Shown here piece after piece: positions 1 through 9,363 of a stretch of DNA of 64,000 bases. Made by a program: the position numbers and the translations under genes. The stretch's first letter is position 1; each line of letters starts with the position of its first letter. Source of the stretch: an uncultured delta proteobacterium (GTDB taxonomy: Bacteria; Myxococcota_A; Polyangia; Polyangiales; B10-G4); assembly GCA_963727445.1 (NCBI GenBank), contig CAVSGI010000010.1, positions 576,001 to 640,000 of the forward strand, in the 5' to 3' direction. The notes under the pieces are model-generated. The model searched no databases and was not told where the DNA came from. It saw only the letters and a list, made by a program, of their open reading frames with translations.

Positions 1-1118
1 AAGACTGGCCGGTCCTCTTTGAGCGCGCGTTCCGCGAGGTGCATCAACAGGTGAGTCTTGCCGCTGCCGTACTCGCCCACCAGCACGGTGAAGACGCTCC
101 CCGCCATGTCGACGTGGTGGAAGAGCCGGTCGATGGTGCGCTCGATCTTGTCGTGGCCGACGCTCATCGAGGCCACCGCCTCCAGCGGCGGCAGGCCCTG
201 CGCCGTTCGGATGATCGAACGCATCGCGGCGCTCTTGTTCTCGGGCGGCGGCGAGATGCGGCGGTGGCGGTACTCGTAGGGCTCGCGGATCAACGAGGTC
301 CAGGAGCGATGGGGCGGAGGCGGCTCGGCTTCCGACGGCACGGCGAGGCGCATCAGCAGCGGCGCGAGGGAACGGATGGAGCCTTCGCCTTCGAAGAAGG
401 CGTCGGTCCCGGTGATGATCACCCGAGTGGCGATGGCGCCGTTGGCGCCGTCGAAGTTGTCCACCAGCTCGCGCAGCACGGTGTAGGCCTTCTCACGCTG
501 CCGATCCGTGCGGCCAGCGATGGCGTCGCCGCGGCTCAGGAAGATCACCAGCCCGCGCTGCCCCAGGGCGCGCACGATCCGGCTCAGCTCTCCCAGAGCG
601 CGCTGCGCGCTCCGGTCCGAGAGCGGGCGCCGCACGTCCGGATTCCGGTTGCGCCGCGCGGGCTCGACACCTTCGATCCAGGCTTCGAAGGCCCGATACT
701 CACGCGTCGCCCCCGGGTCGTCGGAGGCCAGGTAGGCGTAGCAGAGCGCCATCAGATCGCCCTCGGCGCTCTCCGCCTCGGCCGCCTCCCGGAAGCGCTC
801 GGCGCTCTTTCGGCCGTGCTTCTCGGCGTAGGTGTCCAGCATCCAGAGAAGACCCCGGGGCCGCCGATCGTCGGGCGGGACCAGGCGGTCGAGGATCTCT
901 CGCACCAGGTCCTCGGGCGTGTCCGGGCTGTGCTCTTCGAGGCTGACCTCGGCGGTGACGAAACGGCGCTTTCGGGCGCGCTTCGCCAGCTTTCGCACCA
1001 GAGACCGCTCTCGCCCGCTGCTTGGACAGTGGACCAGGGAGACGCTCGAGGCTCCACAGATGTGGAGGTCGGAGAGGGACTGATCGAGGCGCGCGAGCTC
1101 GTCCTCGACCGTGGTCAC
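1..1118 (-). CDS. BREX BrxD/DUF2791-like P-loop ATPase, tandem-domain, 3' end beyond window
   Basis: Not in ORF track (runs off left edge). Manual translation from GTG at 1118: MTTVEDELARLDQSL...RGLVIFLSRGD...REKAYTVLRELVDN...SMSVGHDKIERTIDRLF...FTVLVGEYGSGKTHLLMHLAERALKEDRPV. Intact Walker A (GEYGSGKT) near 53-76; the + strand ORF 39..1199 is its antisense shadow. Confidence 0.7.
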   Translation of the reverse strand, partial: MTTVEDELARLDQSLSDLHICGASSVSLVHCPSSGRERSLVRKLAKRARKRRFVTAEVSLEEHSPDTPEDLVREILDRLVPPDDRRPRGLLWMLDTYAEKHGRKSAERFREAAEAESAEGDLMALCYAYLASDDPGATREYRAFEAWIEGVEPARRNRNPDVRRPLSDRSAQRALGELSRIVRALGQRGLVIFLSRGDAIAGRTDRQREKAYTVLRELVDNFDGANGAIATRVIITGTDAFFEGEGSIRSLAPLLMRLAVPSEAEPPPPHRSWTSLIREPYEYRHRRISPPPENKSAAMRSIIRTAQGLPPLEAVASMSVGHDKIERTIDRLFHHVDMAGSVFTVLVGEYGSGKTHLLMHLAERALKEDRPV

Positions 1119-1253
1119 GGATTGGGGGCCAGGGGAGCCATTCGAGGAGCCATCCACCCGAGCGGGGTACCGCATCCAGCGACGACGTGGAAGGGGTAGC
1201 CGGCGAAGGCCGCCGGAAAGAGGCCAGTCAACTCGCCGAAATCGCTGAGTATC

Positions 1254-2444
1254 TCAAGGGGTGGGGGCCGCCGCGCATTCGCTCCACTCCGGCGGCCAGT
1301 TGTCGCAGAAGCGACACCAGCTGTCGGTCGCGCCGACGCAGGCGTCGCAGACAGGATCGTTACAGCACTCCGTCCCCTCGCACGCGGCGCTGGCGGGCAG
1401 CGCGTCTCCGAAGGCCAGCTGCGCTGCCCACTCTTGGAGGTTCTGGCCATCGACCTCGCGGGTGGCGAAGAAGGGGTAGGGCGTCACGCAGTGCATGGAG
1501 CCCGGCGGGATGTAGCTCCGGAAGTTCGGCGTGCTCGCCTCGATCTCCGCGATGCTCGCGCGGAAGAGCCCCGGCCAGTCCTCGGCCTGTCCGCCCATCG
1601 CCGTGTAGAAGAAGATCTGGTCGTTGTCGTAGGCGGTGGCGGTCTGGGCGAAGCGGTGTTGGGGGAACTGGTTGCCGATGGCGGTGTAGACCATCGGAAG
1701 CGTCAGCTCGGAGATCGGCCGGTCCAGCCCTTCGACGAAGGTCGGCAGGTTCGGCTCCGCGTTCCACTTCGGGAGGCTGTCCATCAGGAAGCTGTCGGTG
1801 ATGATCCCCGAGCCGGAGTCCGCGAGAACGCTGATGTCGGACTCGGTGTAGTGCTGAGCGATGTACGCGGAGTGCAGGGCGGCGCCATAGGCACCGGCGC
1901 TGCATCCGGTGACGAAGATGTTGTCGGGTGAAGGGAAGCGCGAGTAGACCCAATCGAGCACTGCGCTCGCGTTGACGAAACCCCGGTGCTCGATGGTGAC
2001 ACCGCCTCCATAGTCCTGGAACGAGTTGCCCCAATGGACGTCGCCCGTGCAGTAGGGAACGTGGACGACCGTCCAATCGGCGAAGGGGCTGTCCGGACTG
2101 GGATCGAAGATCCCGCCGACGGCCCCCGCGTCGATCGCGCCGACGAAGGTGTCGAGGTCGCCGGTGCTGTCGCTGAATAGCGCGTCGCCGACCGAGCAGA
2201 CGATCTGGTTCCAGCAAGCGCCGCCACCCTGGAAATCGATGATGACGCGGTCGCTCCGGCCGCCGCGGACGAAGAAGCGATATTCGGTGCCGCGCGCACA
2301 GACCGTGTCGCCGCCAGGAAGGACTTCGATCCACTCACCTGCGGCAGGGGGATCGGGGAGCCCATCGGGGACGACCTCGTCGCCGTTGCAGGCCACCGAC
2401 GCGAGGAGGAGAAGCGAGGCGAGACGCAGAGATCGGTGTGGCAC
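1254..2444 (-). CDS. Pectin acetylesterase-family (alpha/beta hydrolase) lipoprotein
   Basis: FQGGGACW, VPYCTGDVHWG, GCSAG nucleophile motif, LADSG; lipobox-like LASVAC; start moved to GTG 2444. Confidence 0.8.
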   Translation of the reverse strand: MPHRSLRLASLLLLASVACNGDEVVPDGLPDPPAAGEWIEVLPGGDTVCARGTEYRFFVRGGRSDRVIIDFQGGGACWNQIVCSVGDALFSDSTGDLDTFVGAIDAGAVGGIFDPSPDSPFADWTVVHVPYCTGDVHWGNSFQDYGGGVTIEHRGFVNASAVLDWVYSRFPSPDNIFVTGCSAGAYGAALHSAYIAQHYTESDISVLADSGSGIITDSFLMDSLPKWNAEPNLPTFVEGLDRPISELTLPMVYTAIGNQFPQHRFAQTATAYDNDQIFFYTAMGGQAEDWPGLFRASIAEIEASTPNFRSYIPPGSMHCVTPYPFFATREVDGQNLQEWAAQLAFGDALPASAACEGTECCNDPVCDACVGATDSWCRFCDNWPPEWSECAAAPTP

Positions 2445-2482
2445 GGTCGGGAAGAGTACGACGGATTGGCCGCGGCGGATCG

Positions 2483-4009
2483 TCACTCCGTCACGACCAC
2501 GTGGCTCCCGCGGAACGGGGTCTGGTCGGTGGAGATGCCATCCCAGCTCTCGGGAAGCTCCGGCCACGTGTCCTGGAACACGCGGTGGGCATCGGTCGGG
2601 GCCATGTTCACGCACCCATGGGAGCGCGGCATGCCGAAACGGGTGTGCCAAAAGGCGGCGTGCAGCGCGAAGGAGCCCTCGAAGTACTGGGTCCAGGGCA
2701 CGTCCTCGATGCGGTAGCGGTCGCTGGAGGCGTCGGGCCCGATGTTGGCCATGGTGTTGGTGACGTGCTTGTCGCGGATCTCGAAGATGCCGGTGGGGGT
2801 CTCGTTGTCCTCGATGCCCGTCGAGACCAGCGTCGCGTAGACGGGGGTGTCGCCGTGGTAGAGGACGAGGGTCTGCTCCGAGAGGTCGACGTGCACCCAG
2901 GGCTCGTCCTCGGCCACTTCCTGGGGTCGATCGATCCGCTCGGCGACGGACGCGAACCAGGCGCGCAGGTACTGGTCGTTGCCGATGGCGTGCATCACCT
3001 GCCCGCCCATGTTCGATCGCTCGGTCCACCCTTCGAGGAAGGTCTGGCGCTCGATGGGCTCGGCCTCCTCGTCCTCGTGGAAGCTGACGTTGCCTTCGGC
3101 GTCCTCGGTCTTCACCCAGGGCCGCGAGGTGCGCACCGCCCAGGCCACCGGGAGCTGTCGCTCCTCGCCGAGCTCCACGCCGTGGAAGTCGCTGCCGCTG
3201 CGCTCCTCGAGCTGCGACTGCTTGATGTAGCGACCGCCGGTGGTGCGGACGAAGTAGCGGAAGGCGCGCACCTCGACGCCGTTCGACGCCACCATGAAGC
3301 CGCGATCGAGATAGCGCGCCGCGATCGCCGTGCCCGACGGACCGCCTTCGCCTTCGCCCGCCATGTAGCGCTCCGCGCGCCGTTCGTTGAGCGCGAGCAG
3401 CTCCTCGTAATGCGCTGCGAAGGCGAGCGCGGCGCGCTGCTCGTTACGCGAGGGGAGGCGATGGTACTCGGGGACCGTCGTCTCCTTGACGTAGTAGTAG
3501 TCGTAGGGGAGGGGCTCGTCGCGTGGGCCGGGCGGGAGCACCAGCGCGCCGCGCGCCGCGGCCTGCTCGACCTGGTCTTCCTTCCAACCCTCGAGCGTCG
3601 GCTCCTCGATCTCGATCGGCTCCGTGCGCGCTTCGATCCCTTCGTCGGTGCAGACGAAGCCGGTGGGCCACACCTGCGCGAAGCCGCCGCGGCAGCCTGC
3701 GCCTGGACGCTCCTCGGCGGACAGGCGCACCTTCGCGCCGATGCGCAGCCAGCCGACGGTGGTGCTCTCGTCGTTCGGCTCGCTGTAGATCTTGAGCAGC
3801 GTGGTGGTCACCGCGCCGTAACGGGGATAGAGCCGATCGATCTCCGATTGCTCGGTCACCACCGGCCCGTCGGCACCCGGGGGCGTGGTGGTGCGCGGCG
3901 CCGCGCTCGCCTCGTCCGCGCCGCCGCTCTCTTCGTCCGTCTCGTCGCTGCAGGCGAGCGTTGGCAGGGCGAAGACGAGCGCCCCCATGAGCAAGGCAGT
4001 TCGCTGCAT
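2483..4009 (-). CDS. L,D-transpeptidase (YkuD family) lipoprotein
   Basis: VDLSEQTL...VSTG...TPTG; HAAFWH...SHGCVN catalytic His/Cys motif; lipobox TLAC. Confidence 0.9.
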   Translation of the reverse strand: MQRTALLMGALVFALPTLACSDETDEESGGADEASAAPRTTTPPGADGPVVTEQSEIDRLYPRYGAVTTTLLKIYSEPNDESTTVGWLRIGAKVRLSAEERPGAGCRGGFAQVWPTGFVCTDEGIEARTEPIEIEEPTLEGWKEDQVEQAAARGALVLPPGPRDEPLPYDYYYVKETTVPEYHRLPSRNEQRAALAFAAHYEELLALNERRAERYMAGEGEGGPSGTAIAARYLDRGFMVASNGVEVRAFRYFVRTTGGRYIKQSQLEERSGSDFHGVELGEERQLPVAWAVRTSRPWVKTEDAEGNVSFHEDEEAEPIERQTFLEGWTERSNMGGQVMHAIGNDQYLRAWFASVAERIDRPQEVAEDEPWVHVDLSEQTLVLYHGDTPVYATLVSTGIEDNETPTGIFEIRDKHVTNTMANIGPDASSDRYRIEDVPWTQYFEGSFALHAAFWHTRFGMPRSHGCVNMAPTDAHRVFQDTWPELPESWDGISTDQTPFRGSHVVVTE

Positions 4010-4054
4010 CGGCGCAGGCTTACCAGCCCAGCCGACGCTCGCAACCCCTCTGGA

Positions 4055-4735
4055 TCAGGGCCGGCTCATCCGGGCGCGGAGGTAATCGATCAGCGGATCG
4101 ACGCCCGCCGAGCGGGGAATCGCGACGAAATCCGTGCCCTTGGCTTCGAGGGCGTTGCTCACCGCCGAGCCCGCGGGTTGGTCCGCGCACCATATCAGGA
4201 TCATGCGGTCTGGATTCTCCGCCAGGACCTCGGCCAGGTCCTGGGGGCTCACGTCAGCGGCGCTCTGGCCGTCCACGATCACCACGTCCGGCGTCAGGAC
4301 GCCTTCGAGGCGCGAGAGCGACTGCTCGTCCCGGGCGGCGGCGGCGCCGATCTTCTCGGGGCCGAGCGCCATCTCCAGCTGACGCACCAGCTTTCCCGAG
4401 CGGGCCAGCACCAGGACCTTGAGCGGCCCGGAGTCGCTACCGCCGATGCTCCGCGTCATCACGGTGGAATCGTCGAAGGCGCTCTCGTCGATGGTGATGC
4501 CGCCCATCGGGTCGAGGGCGACCTCCATCCGCTCGATGATCACCGCCGCGCGCTCGCCTCCGACCTTGTTCATCAGGATCCGCTTCATCGGCCCGCGCAC
4601 GAAGAAGAGGGCTTCGGCTTCCATCTCGGCGTCTGGCTCGTCGAGGGCCGCGAAGAGCAGCTTGGCCGCCTCGTCCGCGCCCACATCCTCCTCGAGGATG
4701 TCGCGCACGATGCGCATCTCCTGGCTGTCAGACAT
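4055..4735 (-). CDS. Hypothetical protein with degenerate receiver-like C-terminal domain
   Basis: LKVLVLAR...PDVVIVDG resembles REC beta1/beta3; good codon usage. Confidence 0.5.
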   Translation of the reverse strand: MSDSQEMRIVRDILEEDVGADEAAKLLFAALDEPDAEMEAEALFFVRGPMKRILMNKVGGERAAVIIERMEVALDPMGGITIDESAFDDSTVMTRSIGGSDSGPLKVLVLARSGKLVRQLEMALGPEKIGAAAARDEQSLSRLEGVLTPDVVIVDGQSAADVSPQDLAEVLAENPDRMILIWCADQPAGSAVSNALEAKGTDFVAIPRSAGVDPLIDYLRARMSRP

Positions 4736-4888
4736 CTGATGTCATCGTAACAGGCCTCACACACGGAGCCCCGAAAGTGGGACACCGATGTCCCCACCGG
4801 AGCCTCTCGGCTCCACCCGAGGAGCATTTGGGATCACAGGTGTTCCAAAGTTGCACAGGAAAGCCGAGCAATTCTCTCAACGATATCG

Positions 4889-4904
4889 TGGCACAGGATC
4901 TGCT
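4889..4904 (+). promoter_or_regulatory. Putative sigma54 (-24/-12) promoter
   Basis: TGGCACAGGATCTGCT: GG-N10-GC spacing, about 13 nt before ATG 4917. Confidence 0.6.
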
Positions 4905-4916
4905 TAATCATCGGGC

Positions 4917-5114
4917 ATGTCCAAGAGCACTTTCCTCGCGCTGGTCGTGTTCGCCGTCGGACTGCTCGCGTTTCTGGCCCTCGTCACGGAAGGCCCGCGC
5001 CTCCTCTCGTTCGGAGAGGCCGCCTTCGTCCCCACGAAGACAGTCGCTACGCAGCTCGAGGTCGAGCCGGGCACCTGGATCGCGTACGAAGAGCTCCCGC
5101 TTTCCGTCCATTGA
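4917..5114 (+). CDS. Small hypothetical membrane/secreted protein (65 aa)
   Basis: N-terminal hydrophobic stretch; preceded by sigma54-like promoter. Confidence 0.5.
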   Translation: MSKSTFLALVVFAVGLLAFLALVTEGPRLLSFGEAAFVPTKTVATQLEVEPGTWIAYEELPLSVH

Positions 5115-5133
5115 GTCGTAAGGTTTGGGCGCT

Positions 5134-5715
5134 GTGCCCGAGCGGAATCGCTTCATTCGGAGGTTGGTGGGTCGCGCCTTTCTCCGCGCCTTCGGCTGGC
5201 AGCTCGAGGGTGGTGCCCCCGACGCCAAGCGCGCCGTGGTGATCGCGTATCCCCACACCACCAACTGGGATCTGCCCTTCACCCTCGCCTGCGCCTACGC
5301 CCTCGACGTCGACATCAAGTGGCTCGGCAAGAAGTCGCTCTTTCACGGGCCGCAGGGCTGGCTGATGAAGAGCCTCGGGGGCATCCCGGTGGACCGCTCG
5401 AAGCGGACCAAGCTGGTCGACGCGGTGATCGACGCCATCGAGCCGATGGACAACGTGCTGGTGGTGATCCCGCCCGAGGGAACGCGCGGCAAGACCGGCC
5501 GCTGGAAGAGCGGCTTCTACTGGATCGCCCACGGCGCCCACATTCCGATCGTCCTCGGCTTCCTCGACTTCAAGCGGAAGCGCGGCGGCCTGGGCGAGGT
5601 CTTCGAGCCGACGGGCGACATCGACGCCGACCTCGAACGCATCAAGGAGTTCTACGCGGGCATCGAGGGCAAGTTCCCCGACAAGCAGGGCGCGATCACA
5701 CTCGTCGACGGCTAG
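5134..5715 (+). CDS. Lysophospholipid/1-acyl-glycerol-3-phosphate acyltransferase (PlsC family)
   Basis: PHTTNWD (HxxxxD) and PPEGTR motifs. Confidence 0.9.
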   Translation: MPERNRFIRRLVGRAFLRAFGWQLEGGAPDAKRAVVIAYPHTTNWDLPFTLACAYALDVDIKWLGKKSLFHGPQGWLMKSLGGIPVDRSKRTKLVDAVIDAIEPMDNVLVVIPPEGTRGKTGRWKSGFYWIAHGAHIPIVLGFLDFKRKRGGLGEVFEPTGDIDADLERIKEFYAGIEGKFPDKQGAITLVDG

Positions 5716-6763
5716 CGTCTTCGGCGACGCGCGCCTGATCGCGCAGCGACTGCCACAGGTCGTCGCCGTCGGCGTAGACCTCCGCGATGGCGTCCTGGTC
5801 GAAGAGCCACTCTTCGAGCTTCGCCGGCGTCGGCTCGGAAGCGAGGAAGTCGGCGAAAGCGTCGACGAAGGTGGCGCGACTCACGTCTTGCTCGAGCTCG
5901 ATGGTGCCTTTCGTCTCCCAGTGATCGAGCGTCTGGCTCGCGAGGATCACGAAGGGCGAGTCGGGCTCTGCTTCGGGCTCGGGCTCGGCCAGGGGATCCG
6001 GTCCTGAGACCAGCTTGAGGAGCGCGTCGAGGGCGCGGTGCTCCTCGTCGACTTCGTCGAGGTCTGCGAGCTCGCCCTCTTCCTCGGCGTCGTCGCTCTG
6101 CTCGACACCGAGGACCTTGAAGTCGGTGAGGAGCACGACCGGCTCGTCACGCTCGGACAGGCCCCAGAACGTCGCATAGGTGCCGTCGCCCTTGCCGGTC
6201 CGAAAGCTGATCAGGTTTCCCTTCGCCTCGTCGACCTCGACCTCGTCGCCGGCGGAGAGATCGGAGAGCGGTGGCGGGTGCTCTTTCTCGTAACGCTCGA
6301 AGGCTTCGTGCCACGCCTCGTCGTCTTCGGCGTCGACGTTCTGCGCATCCACCCACTTCGCGCCCTGCTCGAAATGATCCTGCCCCTTTTGCGCGAGGGC
6401 GGTCGCCACCTCGGCATCGAGGAAGCATCCGACGCCGCTGTCGGCCGGGTAGACGGGCAGGCCGAGCCGCGGCGCGTCGCGATTCGCGAAGAGGCCGACC
6501 TGCCAGCTCACGATGGGCTCATCGGAGAAACGGACGAGAGCATAGGCGACCACGCCTTCGTCGGTGACGCCGACCTCCACCCCGTAGGTCCCCGGCGCCA
6601 CCACCCGCTCGAAGGGCTCGGCACCGTCGAGGAACATCACGGGATCGCAGGCGACGATGGAGCCGCTCGGAAGGCGCAGCTCCCCCTGGTCTCGGGGAGT
6701 GGCGCCGAGATCCTCGGCTCCCAGGTCCTCGAGCCACGGTGGCAGGTCGAAGGCCGGTCCCAT
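5696..6763 (-). CDS. DUF4241-like protein with acidic C-terminal extension
   Basis: LPSGSIVACDP, YPADSGVGCFLD, FRTGKGDGTYATFWG, LLTDF motifs typical of DUF4241. Confidence 0.7.
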   Translation of the reverse strand: MGPAFDLPPWLEDLGAEDLGATPRDQGELRLPSGSIVACDPVMFLDGAEPFERVVAPGTYGVEVGVTDEGVVAYALVRFSDEPIVSWQVGLFANRDAPRLGLPVYPADSGVGCFLDAEVATALAQKGQDHFEQGAKWVDAQNVDAEDDEAWHEAFERYEKEHPPPLSDLSAGDEVEVDEAKGNLISFRTGKGDGTYATFWGLSERDEPVVLLTDFKVLGVEQSDDAEEEGELADLDEVDEEHRALDALLKLVSGPDPLAEPEPEAEPDSPFVILASQTLDHWETKGTIELEQDVSRATFVDAFADFLASEPTPAKLEEWLFDQDAIAEVYADGDDLWQSLRDQARVAEDASRRRV

Positions 6764-6928
6764 CAGGGCGCGTTATTGATGGGGATTCCCCACTTGTCAA
6801 CGCGGGCTTCAATTCGGCCGTTCTGGCCCCACTCAGGGGCCGAGGAGATGGAAGACGGCGAGTGCACGTGATTTCATCGGGCCATGGCGCGTCGAGGGGC
6901 CCGCCTTCTCTCGTAGACTCTCTGGATC

Positions 6929-7648
6929 GTGAAGCGCGGTGCCTACCTCCTCGTGCCGTTGCTCCTGGCACTCGCCCTGCTGGCGGCCGTCCTCTATCTC
7001 TCCGGCGGCGACGAGGAGGAGGAGACGGCGGCGGCACCCGGAGAATCGGAAGTCGATTCGCCTGCGGAGGATGATTGGGAGAGCGGTGGTCTCCTCGGTC
7101 TCGACGAGGGCGAGGCGCTCGGCAGCGGCGAGGGTGAAAGCGAAGGACCGGCGCGACCGTGGATGGGCGGCGGTGAAGGTGGCGGCGGTCGCGGGTGGAT
7201 GCGGGGCTTCCGGCGCCGGCGCGATGGCGGCCCGCCCGACCCGGAGTGGGAAGCGCGAAGGGCGCGACGGCGCGAGCGCTTTCTTCAGCGCATCGAGGTG
7301 ATCTCACTCGGTCCGAACGAACCGACGACGACGAACGAAGAGGTCTTCGATGCGTTTCGCGACGTGCGCCCTCTGGTGCGCGACTGTCTTCGAGAGGCGG
7401 GCGTCGAGCGGGGCGCGTGGCGCGAGATGCGCGGGACCTCGCGGACGCTGAGCTTCGACCTCGACGCCGAGGGAGGCGTGGTCCCCGCGTCGACGAGCTT
7501 CGAGCCGGCTCTCCCGGAGCCCTTCGCCACGTGCATGGGTCAGAGCCTCGAAGCGTTGACGGTGGAGCCGCCCGGACAGGACGGTGCGCGAGTCTCGATC
7601 GAGATGCCGGAGCGCCGCCGTCGTTCGACCGACGCGGGTACGCGCTGA
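6929..7648 (+). CDS. Hypothetical membrane-anchored protein (AgmX/TonB-C-like C-terminus)
   Basis: N-terminal TM, acidic/Gly linker, RPLVRDC...ATCM Cys pair as in myxobacterial AgmX/PglI C-terminal domains. Confidence 0.55.
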   Translation: MKRGAYLLVPLLLALALLAAVLYLSGGDEEEETAAAPGESEVDSPAEDDWESGGLLGLDEGEALGSGEGESEGPARPWMGGGEGGGGRGWMRGFRRRRDGGPPDPEWEARRARRRERFLQRIEVISLGPNEPTTTNEEVFDAFRDVRPLVRDCLREAGVERGAWREMRGTSRTLSFDLDAEGGVVPASTSFEPALPEPFATCMGQSLEALTVEPPGQDGARVSIEMPERRRRSTDAGTR

Positions 7649-7695
7649 GCCCGGGCCCGCTCTGCGCTATCCTGAGGGCAGCCGTGGACGGGCTC

Positions 7696-8409
7696 GTGAC
7701 GATCACGCGGCATCGCCGCATCCTCCCTTTCCTCGCCGGAGTGCTGGGCGCCCTGGTCGCCTGGGCGGCGATCGGCATCTTCGGGAGCGTCTTCGGATTC
7801 GCGGCGGGCTTCTTGTTGGGCGCGCTGCTGTTGTCGCTCGGCCACGTGCGGCAGGCACTCGGTCACGGCCCACGCGAGGCCCGGATGCATCGGGAGGCGA
7901 TGGCACAGCTGCGCGCGATGGGCGCGCTCGGTCCGATGAGGCTCGCTTCGCCGCCGGCGCGGCGCACTTCGGCCGAGCTTCGCCGCGCGATCGCCGAGAT
8001 GGAGACGCTGGCGACGACGGATATGAGCGCGGCGGTGGACGCGGGCCGCGGCCTGCGCGCGGCGTTCCCGAAGAGCGCGGCGGTGCTCTCGCGGCTCGCC
8101 GTTTTCGAGCGCGCCGCCGGTCACGACGACGCGGCGCGCGGGACCGCGAGCGAGGCGATCGACGCGGCGCTCGGCATCGGCGCCACCAGCGTCGCGCTGG
8201 ATCTCTACGACGACTTCGCGCAGGAGCTGGAAAAGGTCGAGATGCGCGCTTCGACTCTGCTCGCGTTGGCCGGCGCTCTGTCGAAGCGCGGCCGTCCCGA
8301 TCTCGTGCGCCGCTGCGTCGAGCGGCTCCACACACTCGATGACCTCGACGCGCGCGAGCGCCGGGCGCTCACATTGCTCGAACGCACGCTGGGCGACGCC
8401 GCGACGTGA
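7696..8409 (+). CDS. Hypothetical membrane protein with helical (TPR-like) C-terminus
   Basis: Two TM segments then Ala-rich helices; 3' part of ORF 7195..8409. Confidence 0.55.
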   Translation: MTITRHRRILPFLAGVLGALVAWAAIGIFGSVFGFAAGFLLGALLLSLGHVRQALGHGPREARMHREAMAQLRAMGALGPMRLASPPARRTSAELRRAIAEMETLATTDMSAAVDAGRGLRAAFPKSAAVLSRLAVFERAAGHDDAARGTASEAIDAALGIGATSVALDLYDDFAQELEKVEMRASTLLALAGALSKRGRPDLVRRCVERLHTLDDLDARERRALTLLERTLGDAAT

Positions 8410-8484
8410 ACTTCGCTGCACCGAGTGTGCGAGCGATTGCGCGCTCGTGCGCCTCCGAGTGACGGAAACACCGCGTTCGCGGTG

Positions 8485-8500
8485 CGGCATGCCGCGTGCT
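8485..8500 (+). promoter_or_regulatory. Putative sigma54 promoter
   Basis: CGGCATGCCGCGTGCT, GG-N10-GC, upstream of GGAGGAG RBS and ATG 8524. Confidence 0.5.
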
Positions 8501-8523
8501 CGTGGCGAGCGCGGAGGAGATCG

Positions 8524-9312
8524 ATGAACCGCAACCACGCCATGCTCGTGGCTGTCCTCGTGACGGCCGTCGTTCCAACGTCGCGCGCCTTCGCGCAGCA
8601 GGTCTGGGTCACGCCCGCGCCCGCGCCTCAGCAACCTGCGCCCGCCCCGCAGCCGCCGCCGCCACCACCGCAGGTCGACGTCGTCGCCGAATCCGAGACG
8701 GGAACCACGCCGGCAGGCGAGGAGGAGACGGAGCCGACGCGAAGCGACACGAACGTGAACGTCGAAGTGGGCGCTCGCACCGAGGGCGGGCAAGCGCCGG
8801 CCGCTCCGGCGGCGACGCCGTCGACGAACGCGCCCAACCCCGGCGACGAGCCCCAGCTCGCCCGCTTCCTGCACGGCTTCCGCCTCGGCTACCTCTACAT
8901 CCACGACATCGAGGGCCCCGTCGACAGCGAGAACCCGAGCTCGCAGCCATACGCCGACCGCTACGGCATCCGCTCCCCACACATGTTCATGCTCGGCTAC
9001 GAGCTGGCGGTGCGCCTCTTCGGCCACGACTGGCTGAACATGCTGCTGATCGGAAACATCCTGATCGCCGGCTTCGAACAGAGCCGATTCTTCCCGAGCG
9101 CGAACATGATGCTCGGCTTCGAGTTCAATCAAACCGCCCAACTCGGCGTGGGCGTCAGCCTCACCCCGACCAAAGACGACCCCGCTCACATCGTCGTCGC
9201 CGCCGGCTGGACCCCCCAGGTCGGCGAGTTCTATCTGCCGATCCACTTCTTCTTCGTCCCCGACATCAACGGGCATCACAAGATCGGCGCGACGTTGGGC
9301 GTGACGTTCTAG
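8524..9312 (+). CDS. Hypothetical outer-membrane beta-barrel protein with Pro-rich N-terminus
   Basis: Signal peptide ending AFA, Pro-rich linker, amphipathic strands, C-terminal GATLGVTF; strong RBS. Confidence 0.65.
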   Translation: MNRNHAMLVAVLVTAVVPTSRAFAQQVWVTPAPAPQQPAPAPQPPPPPPQVDVVAESETGTTPAGEEETEPTRSDTNVNVEVGARTEGGQAPAAPAATPSTNAPNPGDEPQLARFLHGFRLGYLYIHDIEGPVDSENPSSQPYADRYGIRSPHMFMLGYELAVRLFGHDWLNMLLIGNILIAGFEQSRFFPSANMMLGFEFNQTAQLGVGVSLTPTKDDPAHIVVAAGWTPQVGEFYLPIHFFFVPDINGHHKIGATLGVTF

Positions 9313-9363
9313 AGCGGCTCGGCCTGCGCATTGGCTGGCGCCTGAGCTCGTGCAGCCCCATAC

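Noticed and set aside
39..1199. + strand 386-aa ORF
   Set aside because: Antisense shadow of the minus-strand ATPase gene.
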